From Podarcis muralis (taxonomy: Eukaryota), in the NCBI RefSeq assembly GCF_964188315.1, contig NC_135656.1, positions 107,136,001-107,200,000 on the forward strand: a DNA stretch of 64,000 bases, in the 5' to 3' direction. The notes under the pieces are model-generated. The model made no database searches and was not told the DNA's origin. It saw only the letters and a program-made list of their open reading frames with translations. Positions 44,933-57,599 of the stretch are shown here, piece by piece (within the stretch, counting starts at the first letter, position 1; each line of letters starts with the position of its first letter). Position numbers and translations under genes: made by a program.

Positions 44933-45877
44933 TTAAGTTCTCTTCATCAATCTTCTTAGAGCTTTATGCACCTCTTTGTTCCTCAGGGTATAAATGAGTG
45001 GATTAAGCATAGTGGTAACAAATGTATAGAAAAGGGAGGCCATCTTGGCTTGGTCACGAACATTGTTGGACGGGCGTTGGAGGTAAGTGAAAAGGGCTGT
45101 TCCAAAAAAGAGAGACACCACAGTCAAGTGGGAAGCACAGGTGTTGAAGGCCTTCCGCCTGCCCTCAGCTGAGCGGATCCTTAACACAGCAGCCACAATG
45201 AAGCTATAAGAGATGACAATGAGGCCTAGAGGTGTTACAAGGAACAGCACACTGGAAATAAAGAGCACATTTTCAGTGAACGTGGTGTCAACACAGGCCA
45301 GTTTGATTAAGGCAGGCACCTCACAGAAAAAATTGTCTATTCGGTTCTCTCCACACCGTGGGAGCCGAAGAGTCATCACTGTTATTATCACTGGGTTGCA
45401 AAGGCCACTAACCCAGGCAACAGCAGCCATTTTGTAGCATACAGAGTGGTTCATAATGGTAGTGTAGCGCAGTGGGTGGCAGACAGCAGCATAGCGGTCA
45501 TAAGCCATGGAAACCAAAATAATACATTCTGTGGAGCCCAAAGCAAGGTAGATGTAGAGCTGGGCCACACAGGCACCGTAACTGATGGTCTTCCTTTCCC
45601 GCCAGAAGTTCACCAACATATGAGGGCCCACACTGGTGGTGAAGCAAAGATCAATGATAGAGAGATTGGTGAGGAAAAAATACATGGGGGTGTGGAGATG
45701 GGGGTCCAGCCATGACACCACAATGATGGTTGTATTACCCAGCCAGGTAATCGTGTAGCAGGTCAGGACAAGACCAAAGAGCAACATCTCCAAGTGTGGG
45801 CGGTCAGCCACTCCCAGTAAAATGAATTCTCCTTCATAGCTCTGATTACCTTCTTCCCACAATCCTTCCCTGTACAT
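44933..45877 (-). CDS. Olfactory receptor, family-2-like (OR-4), 314 aa
   Basis: Canonical OR motifs; closest paralogue of OR-3. Confidence 0.95.
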   Translation of the reverse strand: MYREGLWEEGNQSYEGEFILLGVADRPHLEMLLFGLVLTCYTITWLGNTTIIVVSWLDPHLHTPMYFFLTNLSIIDLCFTTSVGPHMLVNFWRERKTISYGACVAQLYIYLALGSTECIILVSMAYDRYAAVCHPLRYTTIMNHSVCYKMAAVAWVSGLCNPVIITVMTLRLPRCGENRIDNFFCEVPALIKLACVDTTFTENVLFISSVLFLVTPLGLIVISYSFIVAAVLRIRSAEGRRKAFNTCASHLTVVSLFFGTALFTYLQRPSNNVRDQAKMASLFYTFVTTMLNPLIYTLRNKEVHKALRRLMKRT

Positions 45878-47010
45878 TATCTAGAAAAAGAAGAAACAAA
45901 AATAGCAAAATACCTACTCAAAATGGAGCTGGAATAAACAGTTGGCACAAAAGCAATAGTGGCATGGTTGCAAGACTGTGTGTGATCACCCAATGATTCT
46001 CATTCTTGGACATGAGACTTGTCCCCGTTCTCCAAATCCAAGCTCCAGTTAAGTGTACTCTCTACCCAAACTGCTTCTGAATCTATGCAGTATGAATATG
46101 AACCAGGACCATGTGTACAACGAGAAAACCGTCTCATTTTTACATAGCTTAATGTAGGGATGGGGAACATTCAGCCCTTCAGATGTTGCTGAAGTGCAGT
46201 TCTTTTCCGCCCCAGCAAGCATGGCCAAATACTGGGATGATGGGAGTTGTAGTTCACCAACATCTGGAGGGCCAAAGGTAATCTACTATTTTCTGAAAAA
46301 CAACACAACAACATTTAAACCAGATGATTGTCAGAAGAATAGGGTGCAGACTTATAGGCAGTTTTATACACATTGCTTGACTGGAGAGCTGCGCTGTGTG
46401 AATTTCATAGAATGGCCATGTTTAGGTTAGCATATTTATTTCAGAAGGAGCAAATTACATAATTTCATTTCAAATTACAAGCTCAATCAAATGTCTCCTC
46501 CATCCCCGGTCAATACACATTTAATCAACATGAAGACATGGTGAAGCTTTGCTTTCAACAGTATTGGTGCATGCCCCCTGAATATTCAAAGGGTCCCATA
46601 TGCTTACCCAGGGTTCAGTTTCCTTGGATTGAGGGACAGCGGAGACGGTGGTGTCTTTAAGAGAGATGGTTTCTTTGCACATATATACCACCTGGGCCTA
46701 TGATGGAGGGGTTGGCAGCATTACACTCCAAGAGGGTCTTCCTTCTCCCATAGCCACAGCCTTGGATTCCAGTAGAAATCAGGTATGACTCTCCCTCTGT
46801 CTTTCTAGCCTGTAGCTTTTTCTCCAGCTTCTAGCTCTCCTAACTCAATTCTGCACTCTGGCCTTGGTCTCCCTGGCTAGCAGGTAGTTTAGGGAGGGAG
46901 GCTCACCCAATTGCCCAGAGCCACTCCTTTAAATCCTACGTAGCAGGCCATTACCAGGCTGGTCTAGCTAGTCCAAGAACTGAATCCATGCTGGATCCAG
47001 GAATTAGAAG

Positions 47011-47349
47011 GGGTGGCGCTGTGGGTTAAACCACAGAGCCTAGGGCTTGCTGATCAGAAGGTCGGCGGTTCGAATCCCCGTGACGGGGTGAGCTGCCATT
47101 GCTTGGTCCCTGCTCCTGCCAACCTAGCAGTTCGAAAGCACGAAGTGCAAGTAGATAAGGTAGGTAGGTAAGGTAAACGGTGTTTCCGTGCGCTGCTCTT
47201 GTTCACCAGAAGCGGCTTAGTCATGCTGGCCATATGACTCTGAAGCTGTATGCCGGCTCCCTCGGCCAATAAAGTGAGATGAGCGCCACAACCCCAGAGT
47301 CATCCGCGACTGGACCTAATGGTCAGGGGTCCCTTTAACTTTACCTTAA
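47011..47349 (+). mobile_element. Sauria SINE with 59-bp flanking duplication
   Basis: Slightly 5'-truncated SINE; direct repeat 46955-47013 = 47350-47408. Confidence 0.93.
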
Positions 47350-47701
47350 CAGGCTGGTCTAGCTAGTCCAAGAACTGAATCCATGCTGGATCCAGGAATT
47401 AGAAGGGGCCTAGGCATACAGTCTGTCCGCCCTCAAACTCATAACAGTATTTTCATAGAACCATAAAACTGTAGTGTTGGAAGGGACCCTGAGGGTCATC
47501 TAGTTCAACCTCTGTAATGTAGGAGTCTCAACTAAAGCATCCGTTTGGTTTGGTTTGGTTTGGTTTGGTTTGGTTTGGTTTCTTAAACAAAATCTCTTAC
47601 AAAAGGCTCTTTCAAAAGCTGAACATAAGTGATTTCTTTGTAAGTGGACTGGAATCAGAGATAATTGTATGGTTATCTGTTTTGGTATTTGTAGGTGTGA
47701 A

Positions 47702-49203
47702 GTAGTGAAGTCAAATGGGCCTTAGAAAGCACTGCTAATAACAAGGCCAGTGGAAGTGATGATATTCCAGCTGAACTATTTAAAATTTTAAAAGATGATG
47801 CTGTTAAGGTGCTACACTCAATATGCCAGCAAATTTGGAAAACTCAGCAGTGGCCAGAGGATTGGAGAAGATCAGTCTACATCCCAATCCCAAAGAAGGG
47901 CAGTGCCAAAGAATGCTCCAACTACCGCACAATTGCACTCATTTCACACGCTAGCAAGGTTATGCTTAAAATTCTACAAGGCAGGCTTAAGCAGTATGTG
48001 GACCAAGAACTCCCAGAAGTGCAAGCTGGATTTCGAAGGGGCAGAGGAACCAGAGACCAAATTGCAAACATGCGCTGGATTATGGAGAAAGCTAGAGAGT
48101 TCCAGAAAGACATCTACTTCTGCTTCATTGACTATGCAAAAGCCTTTGACTGTGTCGACCACAGCAAATTATGGCAAGTTCTTAAAGAAATGGGAGTGCC
48201 TGATCACCTCATCTGTCTCCTGAGAAATCTCTATGTGGGACAAGAAGCTACAGTTAGAACTGGATATGAAAAAAATGATTGGTTCAAAATTGGGAAAGGA
48301 GTACGGCAAGGCTGTATATTGTCTCCCTGCTTATTTAACTTATATGCAGAATTCATCATGCGAAAGGCTGGGCTGGATGAATCCCAAGCCAGAATTAAGA
48401 TTGCTGGAAGAAATATCAACAACCTCAGATATGCAGATGACACAACCTTGATGGCAGAAAGTGAGGAGGAATTAAAGAACCTTTTAATGAGGGTGAAAGA
48501 GGAGAGCGCAAAATATGGTCTGAAGCTCAACATAAAAAACCCCGAAGATCATGGCCACTGGTCCCATCACCTCCTGGCAAATAGAAGGGGAAGAAATGGA
48601 GGCAGTGAGAGATTTTACTTTCTTGGGCTCCATGATCACTGCAGATGGTGACAGCAGCCACGAAATTAAAAGACGCCTGCTCCTTGGGAGAAAGGCGATG
48701 GCAAACCTAGACAACATCTTAAAAAGCAGAGACATCACCTTGCCAACAAAAGTCTGTATAGTTAAAGCCATGGTTTTCCCAGTAGTGATGTATGGAAGTG
48801 AGAGCTGGACCACAAAGAAGGCTGATCGCCGAAGAATTGATGCTTTTGAATTATGGTGCTAGAGGAGACTCTTGAGAGTCTCATGGACTGCAAGAAGATC
48901 AAACCTCTCCATTCTGAAGGAAATCAGCCCTGAGTGCTCACTGGAAGGACAGATCCTGAAGCTGAGGCTCCAATACTTTGGCCACCTCATGAGAAGAGAA
49001 GACTCCCTGGAAAAGACCCTGATGTTGGGAAAGATGGAGGGCACAAGGAGAAGGGGACGACAGAGGACGAGATGGTTGGATAGTGTTCTCGAAGCTACCA
49101 GCATGAGTTTGACCAAACTGCAGCAGGCAGTGGAAGACAGAAGTGCCTGGCGTGCTCTGGTCCATGGGGTCACGAAGAGGCGGACACGACTAAACAACAA
49201 CAA
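47702..49203 (+). mobile_element. BovB (RTE) LINE, 5'-truncated 1.5 kb
   Basis: RT motifs NYRTIALISH, GFRRGRGTRDQI, GVRQGCILSP, RYADD; frameshift near 48540; CAA-repeat tail. Confidence 0.93.
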
Positions 49204-49596
49204 GCTATGAAGTACGGTATTCAGAATTGCAAAACTGTAAGCAGAGATCTCCAGAGGGAATCTCTCCAGGCTTCACTGGGGAGATTCATGTCTAGGATGA
49301 GTTTGACTAGTGCAGCAGCTGCAGAATACATGGCTACAATATGAGGAGGATATATCCACCCCTTCTTTCCACCTATACTTATGGGCGATGTGAGCTTTAG
49401 TTCGGCAACATCTGCAGGGCCAGTGATTCCCCTGCTTTAATACATCACATCTTGCTAGAGTAATGTGTGGGAAGAAACCCCACACATGACCCCGAGGTGA
49501 TTCTTTAGCTCTTCTGACTGGTTTTCCTACCCAGACCATAGCTATGGGATGAACTATATCCTCAAGGGTTACAGAAGTCAAGTCCATGCTATAGTG

Positions 49597-49855
49597 CCTA
49601 GGTAGGCAACCTAAGGCCCGGGGGCCAGATCCGGCCCAATCGCCTTCTAAATTGGGCCAGCGGACGGTCTGAGAATCAGCGTGTTTTTACATGAGTAGAA
49701 TGTGTCCTTTTATTTAAAATGCCTCTCTGGGTTATTTGTGGGGCATAGGAAATCATTCTCCCCCCCCCCCCCAAAAAAAAATATATAGCCCGGCCCCCCA
49801 CAAGGTCCGAGGGACAGTGGACCAGCCCCCTGCTGAAAAAGTTTGCTGACCCCTG
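49597..49855. mobile_element. hAT-type MITE at the same site as 33333-33562
   Basis: Same left flank CTATAGTG and TIRs; right flank replaced. Confidence 0.85.
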
Positions 49856-50734
49856 GATTATGCCCTAGCCCCCTCCGCACAGCTCTGAGGTGGGCCAGTG
49901 ACGTCTGCGTTGCCTGCTCAGGTCAGCACCAGCGCCATCCAAACCAGCCAAATACAGGCTCAATCAAACTGGAAGGATGAGAAGCGTGCATGGGTGCCTG
50001 TGTTGAAGGAGGTGGCTAAATGGACACGGGAGGGGGGGAGTTTAAGTTGCGGGGGGAAGGAAAATGGAGGCAAAAGTTCTCTCTCTGAGAAGCCAGCAGG
50101 AGCGCGCTCCTCTCCGTCTGCGTACCCCTCCTCCTCCCGCCTCCTGCCTCAAGCCGGCTCACTTCTCGTTCTCCTTCTGCCTTTGTTAGGCGCGTGCGTC
50201 ATTCTAGAGGAGTGTGCTGCGCTCTCTCAGGCTGCCTCACAGAGAAGTTGGGCTGCGATCGACAGATATCAGTCAGATGATCTACGAGTTGATCGCGGTC
50301 GACCTGTTGGGCAGTGCTTACACTGTGAAAGAAAGGCCTAAGGGAGGATGCCAGGGAGATGAAATTATAAGGCTGACTCGGAGAGGGGAGAGCGAGCAGT
50401 TCACCTAAGTTTAGATTTGCAAAGAAAATGAATGAATGAAACATTTAGCCTTGACACCCTCCTTGTCCAAACCCGATGCCCTCCAGATATTTAAGACTAA
50501 AACTCCCTTCCCTCTTAACTCTTAGCCTTGTCAACTGGCATTGATGGGAGTTGTTGCTGAAAACATCTGGCAGGCACCACACCAGGGGAGGCTGCTTTGC
50601 TTCTGTTCTGTACAGAAATAGTTGAATCAGATGAAGAATGAAATAAGATTGAATGAATAGAAAGAGCATTCAGGGGGAGAGTGTCAAGGGAGACAGCTCA
50701 AAGCAGGAGACAGGGATGCGGAATCTCATATATT

Positions 50735-50922
50735 CATAGCTTTCAACCTTCCCCTTTTTTGCGGGAAATTCCCTTATTCCAGCGCTGTTTCCCGCTGCTT
50801 CCCGCTGCTATCCCGGATTGTTAGATATCCCGTAGACTGTCCCCGGGACAGGTGAGGCTGCTGATCCCTTATTTTCGAGGCTGCTGATCCCTTATTTTCA
50901 AATCTGAAAGTTGACAGCTATG
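50735..50922. mobile_element. hAT-type MITE
   Basis: TIRs CATAGCTTTCAAC / GTTGACAGCTATG; 8-bp TSD CATATATT; empty paralogous site at about 42603. Confidence 0.88.
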
Positions 50923-51003
50923 CATATATTTGGAGACATCTGCATAATGATCAATGCAAAAGGTGGAAGAAAAAGGGAAATGCTCCCCCCAGAAAACTCT
51001 TAC

Positions 51004-51440
51004 TTTGGTTGGCTTGCCCAATTCAGCCCAGCGCCTGGGCCCTTCTGTCTCAGCACTGTGTCCCATAGTATCTGTTAGTACCTGCACATCTAAATGACCA
51101 TAGTAGCACAATCTCTCTCAAAAGGGGCCTTCTGGAGTCAGGAGAACTGACTTTATGATGTTATCCAGCAGGGAGGTGGTGGAGTGAGCTGCTATCCACC
51201 CCAATCTTCAGCAGCTCCCTGAAGAACCATCATGGAGCCGCAGATGGAACAGAACTCAAGACTCAATAATTAGGGGAAAATTTTATGCTGCAGCCATGAG
51301 CAAAGAAGCCTCAAAGGACTCTCCTCCTCCTCGCTTGCACAATGTCATTTGGAGTCTGTGACTTGCATGAGGGAAGACCTGGAAAGAAAAATACTACTTA
51401 ACTCCTTAGGGAGCAAAAGTCTTTGAATCAACTAGCTATA
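51004..51440 (-). promoter_or_regulatory. Putative promoter and noncoding exon 1 of OR-4
   Basis: Donor CCAAA|GTAAGA at 51004/51003; TCCTTAGGGA (51403-51412). Confidence 0.6.
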
Positions 51441-51884
51441 TGGAAACTGTTGGTCGGATAAATTTATTTCATTGCATATTGATATTTCTGAGTACTCCAA
51501 TTTGCTCTTTGGGCACTTCGTGTTGGTGTCACATTTAGAGAACTAGTTATAGTCCAAGGGGGGGGGGATCTGGGTTCACATCATCATACAGCCACAAAAT
51601 TCGTTAGGAATTGATCCACATTTGGTCTTTCTACCCCTTGGCTTTTTGTCTTCTTGCTATGCATACGACACAGTTCACCCCCCCCCCTTGTGGTGATGTA
51701 CTGCTAGTCAAGGCCCTGTCAGTGATATTCTGCAACATGTTTTTGACACCATCATTGTGTATTAGTGGCAGTGCTTTTTCCCTCCTAAAAAACTGTTTAG
51801 GGGTACTCTCATTTTCCTACTCATATTGAAATACTCCCCCTCAATGAGGCCAAACTTAGATTCACAAAATGTTTAGGGGTATGC

Positions 51885-51887
<3 letters not shown>

Positions 51888-51916
<29 letters not shown>

Positions 51917-52226
51917 TTATTATTTATACCCCACCCATCTGGCTGAGTTTACCCAGCCACTCTGGGCAGGTCCCAATCAAGTGTTAAAAACAGTACAGCG
52001 TTACATATTAAAAACTTCCCTGAACAGGGCTGCCTTCAGATGTCTTTTAAAGGGAAGATAGCTGCTTATTTCCTTCACATCTGAAGGGAGGGTGTTCCAC
52101 AGGGCGGGCGCCACGACCGAGAAGGCCCTCTGTCTGGTTCCCTGTAGCCTCACTTCTTACAATGAGGGAACTGCCAGAAGGCCCTCGGCGCTGGACCTCA
52201 GTGTCCGGGCTGAACGATGGGGGTGG
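51888..52226 (-). mobile_element. L2-like LINE 3' end
   Basis: Reverse complement of the 16745 family with a TTA-repeat tail. Confidence 0.88.
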
Positions 52227-52643
52227 AGCCCCCCCCAAAAGCACTGATTAGTTGTAGCATAAAGAATTTGCTTCGGGTTGTTCTGTGATGCTTCCTCAGT
52301 GTTACCACATAACTGCTGGGGCTACAGCATAACAAATGTGGGAGAAACCCCCTACACCAAACATTTGTGGTATAGAATATTTCAACAGGAAGTTTGAAAT
52401 GAATGGAAATGCAGCACTGCCCCCCAAATTCTGCAGGTGCAATCAGCATGGTTTGGGCAGCCCAGCCAGATGTGCAGGATACATATAAAATTGTTGTTGT
52501 TGTTGTTGTTGTTGGATTGTATGTGACCACCCCAAAAGCATCCTGAGCACAAAGAGCTATGAATGTGTGTTTAAAAGGACAGCTGCAGGGGCCCTTAATT
52601 TGACTTTGCAATCCAAGATCTTTCGGCTTAGCTGTCTGCCAAT

Positions 52644-52674
<31 letters not shown>

Positions 52675-52860
52675 CACACCAACACACTACTTTTCTGTTT
52701 AAAGAATTTTACGGCTGCTGATTGTCATTGTGTCATGTGAACCAGCCATGTGGCATTATTGCTACTTTGGTGGGGGTGACTTCCATCCTGCAGAACCAGT
52801 TTGACACTGTTTTTCCCACCTTCCTTCCCCTCCCATCTTTGGCCTTACAGTAGATCTGTA

Positions 52861-53210
52861 AAGGTAAAGGGATCCCTGACCATTAGGTCCAGTTGTGACC
52901 GACTCTGGGGTTGCGGCACCCATCTCGCTTTATTGGCTGAGGGAGCCGGCGTACAGCTTCTGGGTCATGTCGTCAGCATGACTAAGCCGCTTCTGAAGAA
53001 CCAGAGCAGCGCACAGAAATGCCGTTTACCTTCCCGCCGGAGCGGTACCTATTTATCTACTTGCACTTTGACGTGCTTTCAAACTGCTAGGTTGGCAGGA
53101 GCAGGGACCGAGCAATGGGAGCTCACCCTGTCGCGGGGATTCGAACTGCCGACCTTCTGATCGGCAAGTCCTAGGCGCTGTGGTTTAACCCACAGCGCCA
53201 CCCGCGTCCC
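52861..53210 (-). mobile_element. Sauria SINE, full length
   Basis: TSD TACAGTAGAT(C/G)TGTA; empty paralogous site near 44105. Confidence 0.93.
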
Positions 53211-53659
53211 ATACAGTAGATGTGTAGGAAGGACATTTTATCCTCCATTTTATTCCCATCAACCCAACGGTCGTATTAATGGCAGTCTTTTTTATCTTTA
53301 TTTTTTTTAAAAGGATATTAGTTCTCAATGCACACCTCCAAATGTAACTTCTCAATAAATAATGCTGCTAGGGATGAAGGAGAACTTGGATTTTGTTCCC
53401 ATGTTAATAAGAAAGTACCTAATAGGCACCAGCAGTTACCATTCAACCTTAAAATGAATGCACCTGAACTCTGAAGGTGAATGTAGACATTACACTGAAC
53501 ATGGTATTCAGGGTCTAAATATCAGTTGCCAGGAACCGCAACTGGAGAGGGTGGTTGTTGTGCTCTCTTTGAGCTTATCCACTTTTAGCTTTCCTCCACG
53601 CTTTCCAGACACAAAGTTTTAAAACAAGGACATGTGCCTGGAAAGAACGGGGCAAGCCC

Positions 53660-54001
53660 ATTGTACCTCAGGATATAAATTAGTGCATTAAGCGTGGTGA
53701 CAACAAATGTATAGAAAAAGGAAACCATCTTGAGTGGTCACAAGAATAGTTGGACCGGGGCTGAAGGTAACTGAAAATGGCCACCCCATAAAACAGCGAC
53801 ACCACAATCAAGTGGGAGGCACAGGTGTTGAAGGCCTTTTGACTCCCCTCAGCTGAGTGAACCTAACACAGCATCATAGTGTAGTTATGAAAGTCCATAA
53901 TGAGACCTAGGGGTTCTACAGGGAATACTACACTGGAAGCAAAGAGCACCACCACATTCAGTGAGGTGTCAGAACAGGCCTATTTGACTGAGGCTGGCAC
54001 C
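53660..54001 (-). pseudogene. OR pseudogene fragment (ECL2 to TM7)
   Basis: Degenerate [38 protein letters not shown] with indels; 5' two thirds missing. Confidence 0.85.
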
Positions 54002-54239
54002 CAGGGCCAGACCTATCATCGGGCAAACTAGATAACTGCCTAGGCCACAGACCTCAGAGGGGTGCAGTACAGACTGCAGTGTCCAGCCTGATTCATTGGC
54101 ATATCCGGCAGTCAATTCAAAATTAAAAAGAAGCTCTGGTTAAGACAAAAAGTGCCACATAAGTGATCAGTGAGGTTTTATTTATTTTTTATTAAAATAT
54201 AACCACACAGCCTCTGAACGGAGTTGGGAGACATTGGTC

Positions 54240-55184
54240 TTAAGTTTTCTTCGTCAGTCTTCTTAGAGCTTTGTGCACCTCTTTGTTCCTCAGGGTATAG
54301 ATTAAGGGATTGAGCATGGTGACAACAAATGTATAGAAAAGGGAAACCATCTTGCCCTGATCACGGGAGTAGTTGGACGGGGGCTGGACATAGCTGAAGG
54401 TGGCTGTCCCATAAAAGAGCGACACCACGATCAAGTGGGAAGCACAGGTGTTGAAGGCCTTCTGCCTGCTCTCTGCTGAGCGGATCCTCAACACAGCAAC
54501 CACAATGTAGCAATAAGAGACCATAATGAGGCCTAGTGGTACTATAAGGAAGACGGCACTAGAAGCAACAAGCAAAGCCTCATTGAAGGAGGTGTCAACA
54601 CAGGCCAATTTGATTAAGGCTGGCACCTCACAGAAAAAATTGTCTATTTGGTTCTCTCCACACCGTGGGAGCCGAAGAGTCATCACTGACTCCACCACTG
54701 AGGTGCTTAGCCCACTAATCCAGGCGACGGCAGCCATTTTGAAGCATACAGAGTGGCTCATAATGGTAGTGTAACGCAGTGGGTGGCAGACGGCAGCATA
54801 GCGGTCGCAGGCCATGACAGCCAAAAGAATACATTCTGTGGAGCCCAGAGCAAGGAAGATGTAGAGCTGAGCCACACAGGCACCGTAACTGATGGTCTTG
54901 CTTTTCCTCCAGAAGTTCACCAGCATCTGCGGGGCCACACTGGTGGTGAAGCAAAGATCAAGGAAGGAGAGGTTGCTGAGGAAGAAATACATAGGGGTGT
55001 GGAGATGGGGGTCCAGCCGTGACACCACCATGATGGTTGTGTTGCCCAACAAGGTCATCGTGTAGCAGATCAGGACAAGACCAAAGAGCAACATCTCCAA
55101 GTGTGGGCGGTCAGCCACTCCCAGTAAGATGAATTCTCCTTCATGGCTCTGATTATCTCCCCACATTGCTTCCCTATACAACAT
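54240..55184 (-). CDS. Olfactory receptor, family-2-like (OR-5), 314 aa
   Basis: Canonical OR motifs (MACDRY variant); acceptor TTCCAG directly before the ATG. Confidence 0.93.
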   Translation of the reverse strand: MLYREAMWGDNQSHEGEFILLGVADRPHLEMLLFGLVLICYTMTLLGNTTIMVVSRLDPHLHTPMYFFLSNLSFLDLCFTTSVAPQMLVNFWRKSKTISYGACVAQLYIFLALGSTECILLAVMACDRYAAVCHPLRYTTIMSHSVCFKMAAVAWISGLSTSVVESVMTLRLPRCGENQIDNFFCEVPALIKLACVDTSFNEALLVASSAVFLIVPLGLIMVSYCYIVVAVLRIRSAESRQKAFNTCASHLIVVSLFYGTATFSYVQPPSNYSRDQGKMVSLFYTFVVTMLNPLIYTLRNKEVHKALRRLTKKT

Positions 55185-55942
55185 CTGGAAAAGAAAAAAA
55201 GATAAATAGCAAAATACCTACGCAAAATGGAGCTGGAATAAACCGCTGGCACAAGAGAAATAGTGGCATCTTGGTATGGCTGAGATCACCCATGTACCAT
55301 GTGTACAATGAGAAAACCTTCTATTTTTTACATGGCCTGATGCAGGGATAGGGTACCTGCACGTAAGGGTTGGGATGCTTACTGAAAATGATAATATTTT
55401 GTAGTGATATAAAGAAGGCAAATTAGAGTTGAAAATAATTACCGTAGATTGAAATAAAGTACCAGCTACCACATGCTCATATGTAAACCAGTGGTCAGCC
55501 ACACTTTGAATACTGTGTACTATTCTGGTGGTCAAATCTCAGAAAAATGTAGACTTGCGGTTAAAAATACGTAAAGACAAAGTGTATACAATAAAATGAT
55601 CCAGGGTTGGAGACCTCCCTTATAAGGAAAATCTGTTTAGAGAAACTTAACAAAGGTTGAACTACCTAATTGTATCAGCTGCAAATGCAAGTAACAGAAA
55701 CACAAAAGCTGCTTCGCCTCCCCCCCCCCCCCGGGATTTAAAAGAAGAATCAACTTAAGGAGGGAGGAGGAATCTGTGATAAAGATGCTTAATCTGTCCC
55801 CCAACTTCAGCTTAAAATATCCGTCCCAGGCACTTTCCCCATATACATTTCCAAGTACATGTCTCAAAACTTTGACGGAAAGAACCTTTAGGAGGAAAAA
55901 TTGCTTACCAGCATATCGTGAAAAGTGTCATGTCCTATGAAC

Positions 55943-56090
55943 TGAAGAAGAAGAAGAAGAAGAAGAAGAAGAAGAAGAAGAAGAAGAAGAAGAAGAAGAA
56001 GAAGAAACAAACAAACAAACTTTTATTTGTATCCCGCCCTCCACGGCCAAAACTGGGCTCAGGGCGGCTACTATCATATAACATTAGTAT
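55943..56090 (-). mobile_element. L2-like 3' tip with expanded (CTT)n tail
   Basis: About 20 AAG units, then the same tail family as 15170-15700. Confidence 0.8.
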
Positions 56091-56225
56091 AAAATCAAAC
56101 AATAATTAAATTACCCACTAAAAACAAGTGTATTCAGTATTATATCTCCATTCTTCTCTTCATTTCACATCCATCCTATAATTTATGGTCCCTTTCTCAA
56201 GCTGACACTCCTCACCCTACCTCAC

Positions 56226-56596
56226 TAGGGCATGTCATTTTAGGGGGTGAAACTTAATTTTAGCAAATTTATTCAGTGAGGGATATTTCTGAGTGTGAGG
56301 AATTCAAATCTGCTATTATTTTTTGTGACTGGACAACATTTAGTTTGATGTTAACGTTTGATGAAGAAGCACATAAACTACTTTTGGGAAACCAAATAAT
56401 ACTTAATTTTATCATATATATAACTGCAAGTACTTGGCAATCAATTTTCATAATATACATGCAATCTTACACCCATTTTACTTACCAAGCAAAACGAAAT
56501 TGTATTAATTTAACCTTTGAATTCCCAAGACATATTAAAACTTTTTTGTACCCCACATTTTTGGAATTTAAAAGTTGAAGAATTCAATATACCCTA
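56226..56596. mobile_element. Unclassified AT-rich non-autonomous DNA element
   Basis: TAGGGCATG / TATACCCTA termini; 9-bp flanks CTACCTCAC / CTATCTCAC; absent from the paralogous site at about 29020. Confidence 0.6.
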
Positions 56597-57599
56597 CTAT
56601 CTCACCTCTGTCACAGTGAGAAGTGAATTCATTATGTCTAGGTCAGTTTTACACACCGGATATTCTTTTATTTATTTAATATGTGTATAGCCCACACTGC
56701 ATTCTGGCTGGGGAAAATAAAATAAGATTTGCAAAGAAGAATATTAACAACAACAAAAATCTATCCCATGGAGTGGTTCTGCTATGGTCTTGGTCTGCTA
56801 TGACAGTCTGTATTGAGAGAGCAAGTGGCTCCACCTTTTCTTCTCTTCATTTCTCTTCCATCCATCCTATAATTTGTGGTCCCTTTCTCAAGATGACACT
56901 CCTCACACTACCTCGGAAGGGCGTGTCATTTGAGGGTTGAAACTTAACTATTGCAAGGTATTCTTGAGTGTGAGGAATTCAAATCTGCTATTATTTTTGT
57001 GACTGAACAACATTTAGTTTGGTAAGTTGACGTTTGATGAAAAAGCACATAAACTACTTTTGGAAAACCAAAAAAGTTTGATATTATCATATAAAATATA
57101 TAACTGCAAGCATTTGGCAATCAGTTTTACACCCTTTACTTATCAAGCAAACCAAAATTGTATTAATTTAACCAAAATATATTTTGAATTCCTGTCATGA
57201 TAGAACTTTTAGCACCCTTCATTTTTGGAATTAGCTCACCCCTGACTCTTGGTCTGCTGTGACAGTCTGTGTTGAGGGAGCAAGTGACTCCACCTTGGGC
57301 CAAGGAAACTCTCACAGAGCTCAGTCTGGATGCAACTCCGTAGTCCAGATCATCAAGAGGGTACTCTGTGGAAAATACTAGGGGTAGCCTGGAGCAGTCA
57401 TGAAATTGCCTTATAGCCAATAAGAGCATTAGTCCAGCTATCTCTGTATTACACAGTATTCTCCATACTTGAGTTGCTGGGTTTTGTTGGACTACTACTC
57501 CCATCACCCCTCAGACACCTTAGCCAATGGTGACGGATGACGGGAGTTGCAGTCCAACAGCTCTGGGGATTGAAGCTTGAAGGATACTGGTCTAGTCTG

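Noticed and set aside
55918-56109. Poly-Lys ORF
   Set aside because: Translation of an (AAG)n microsatellite tail.
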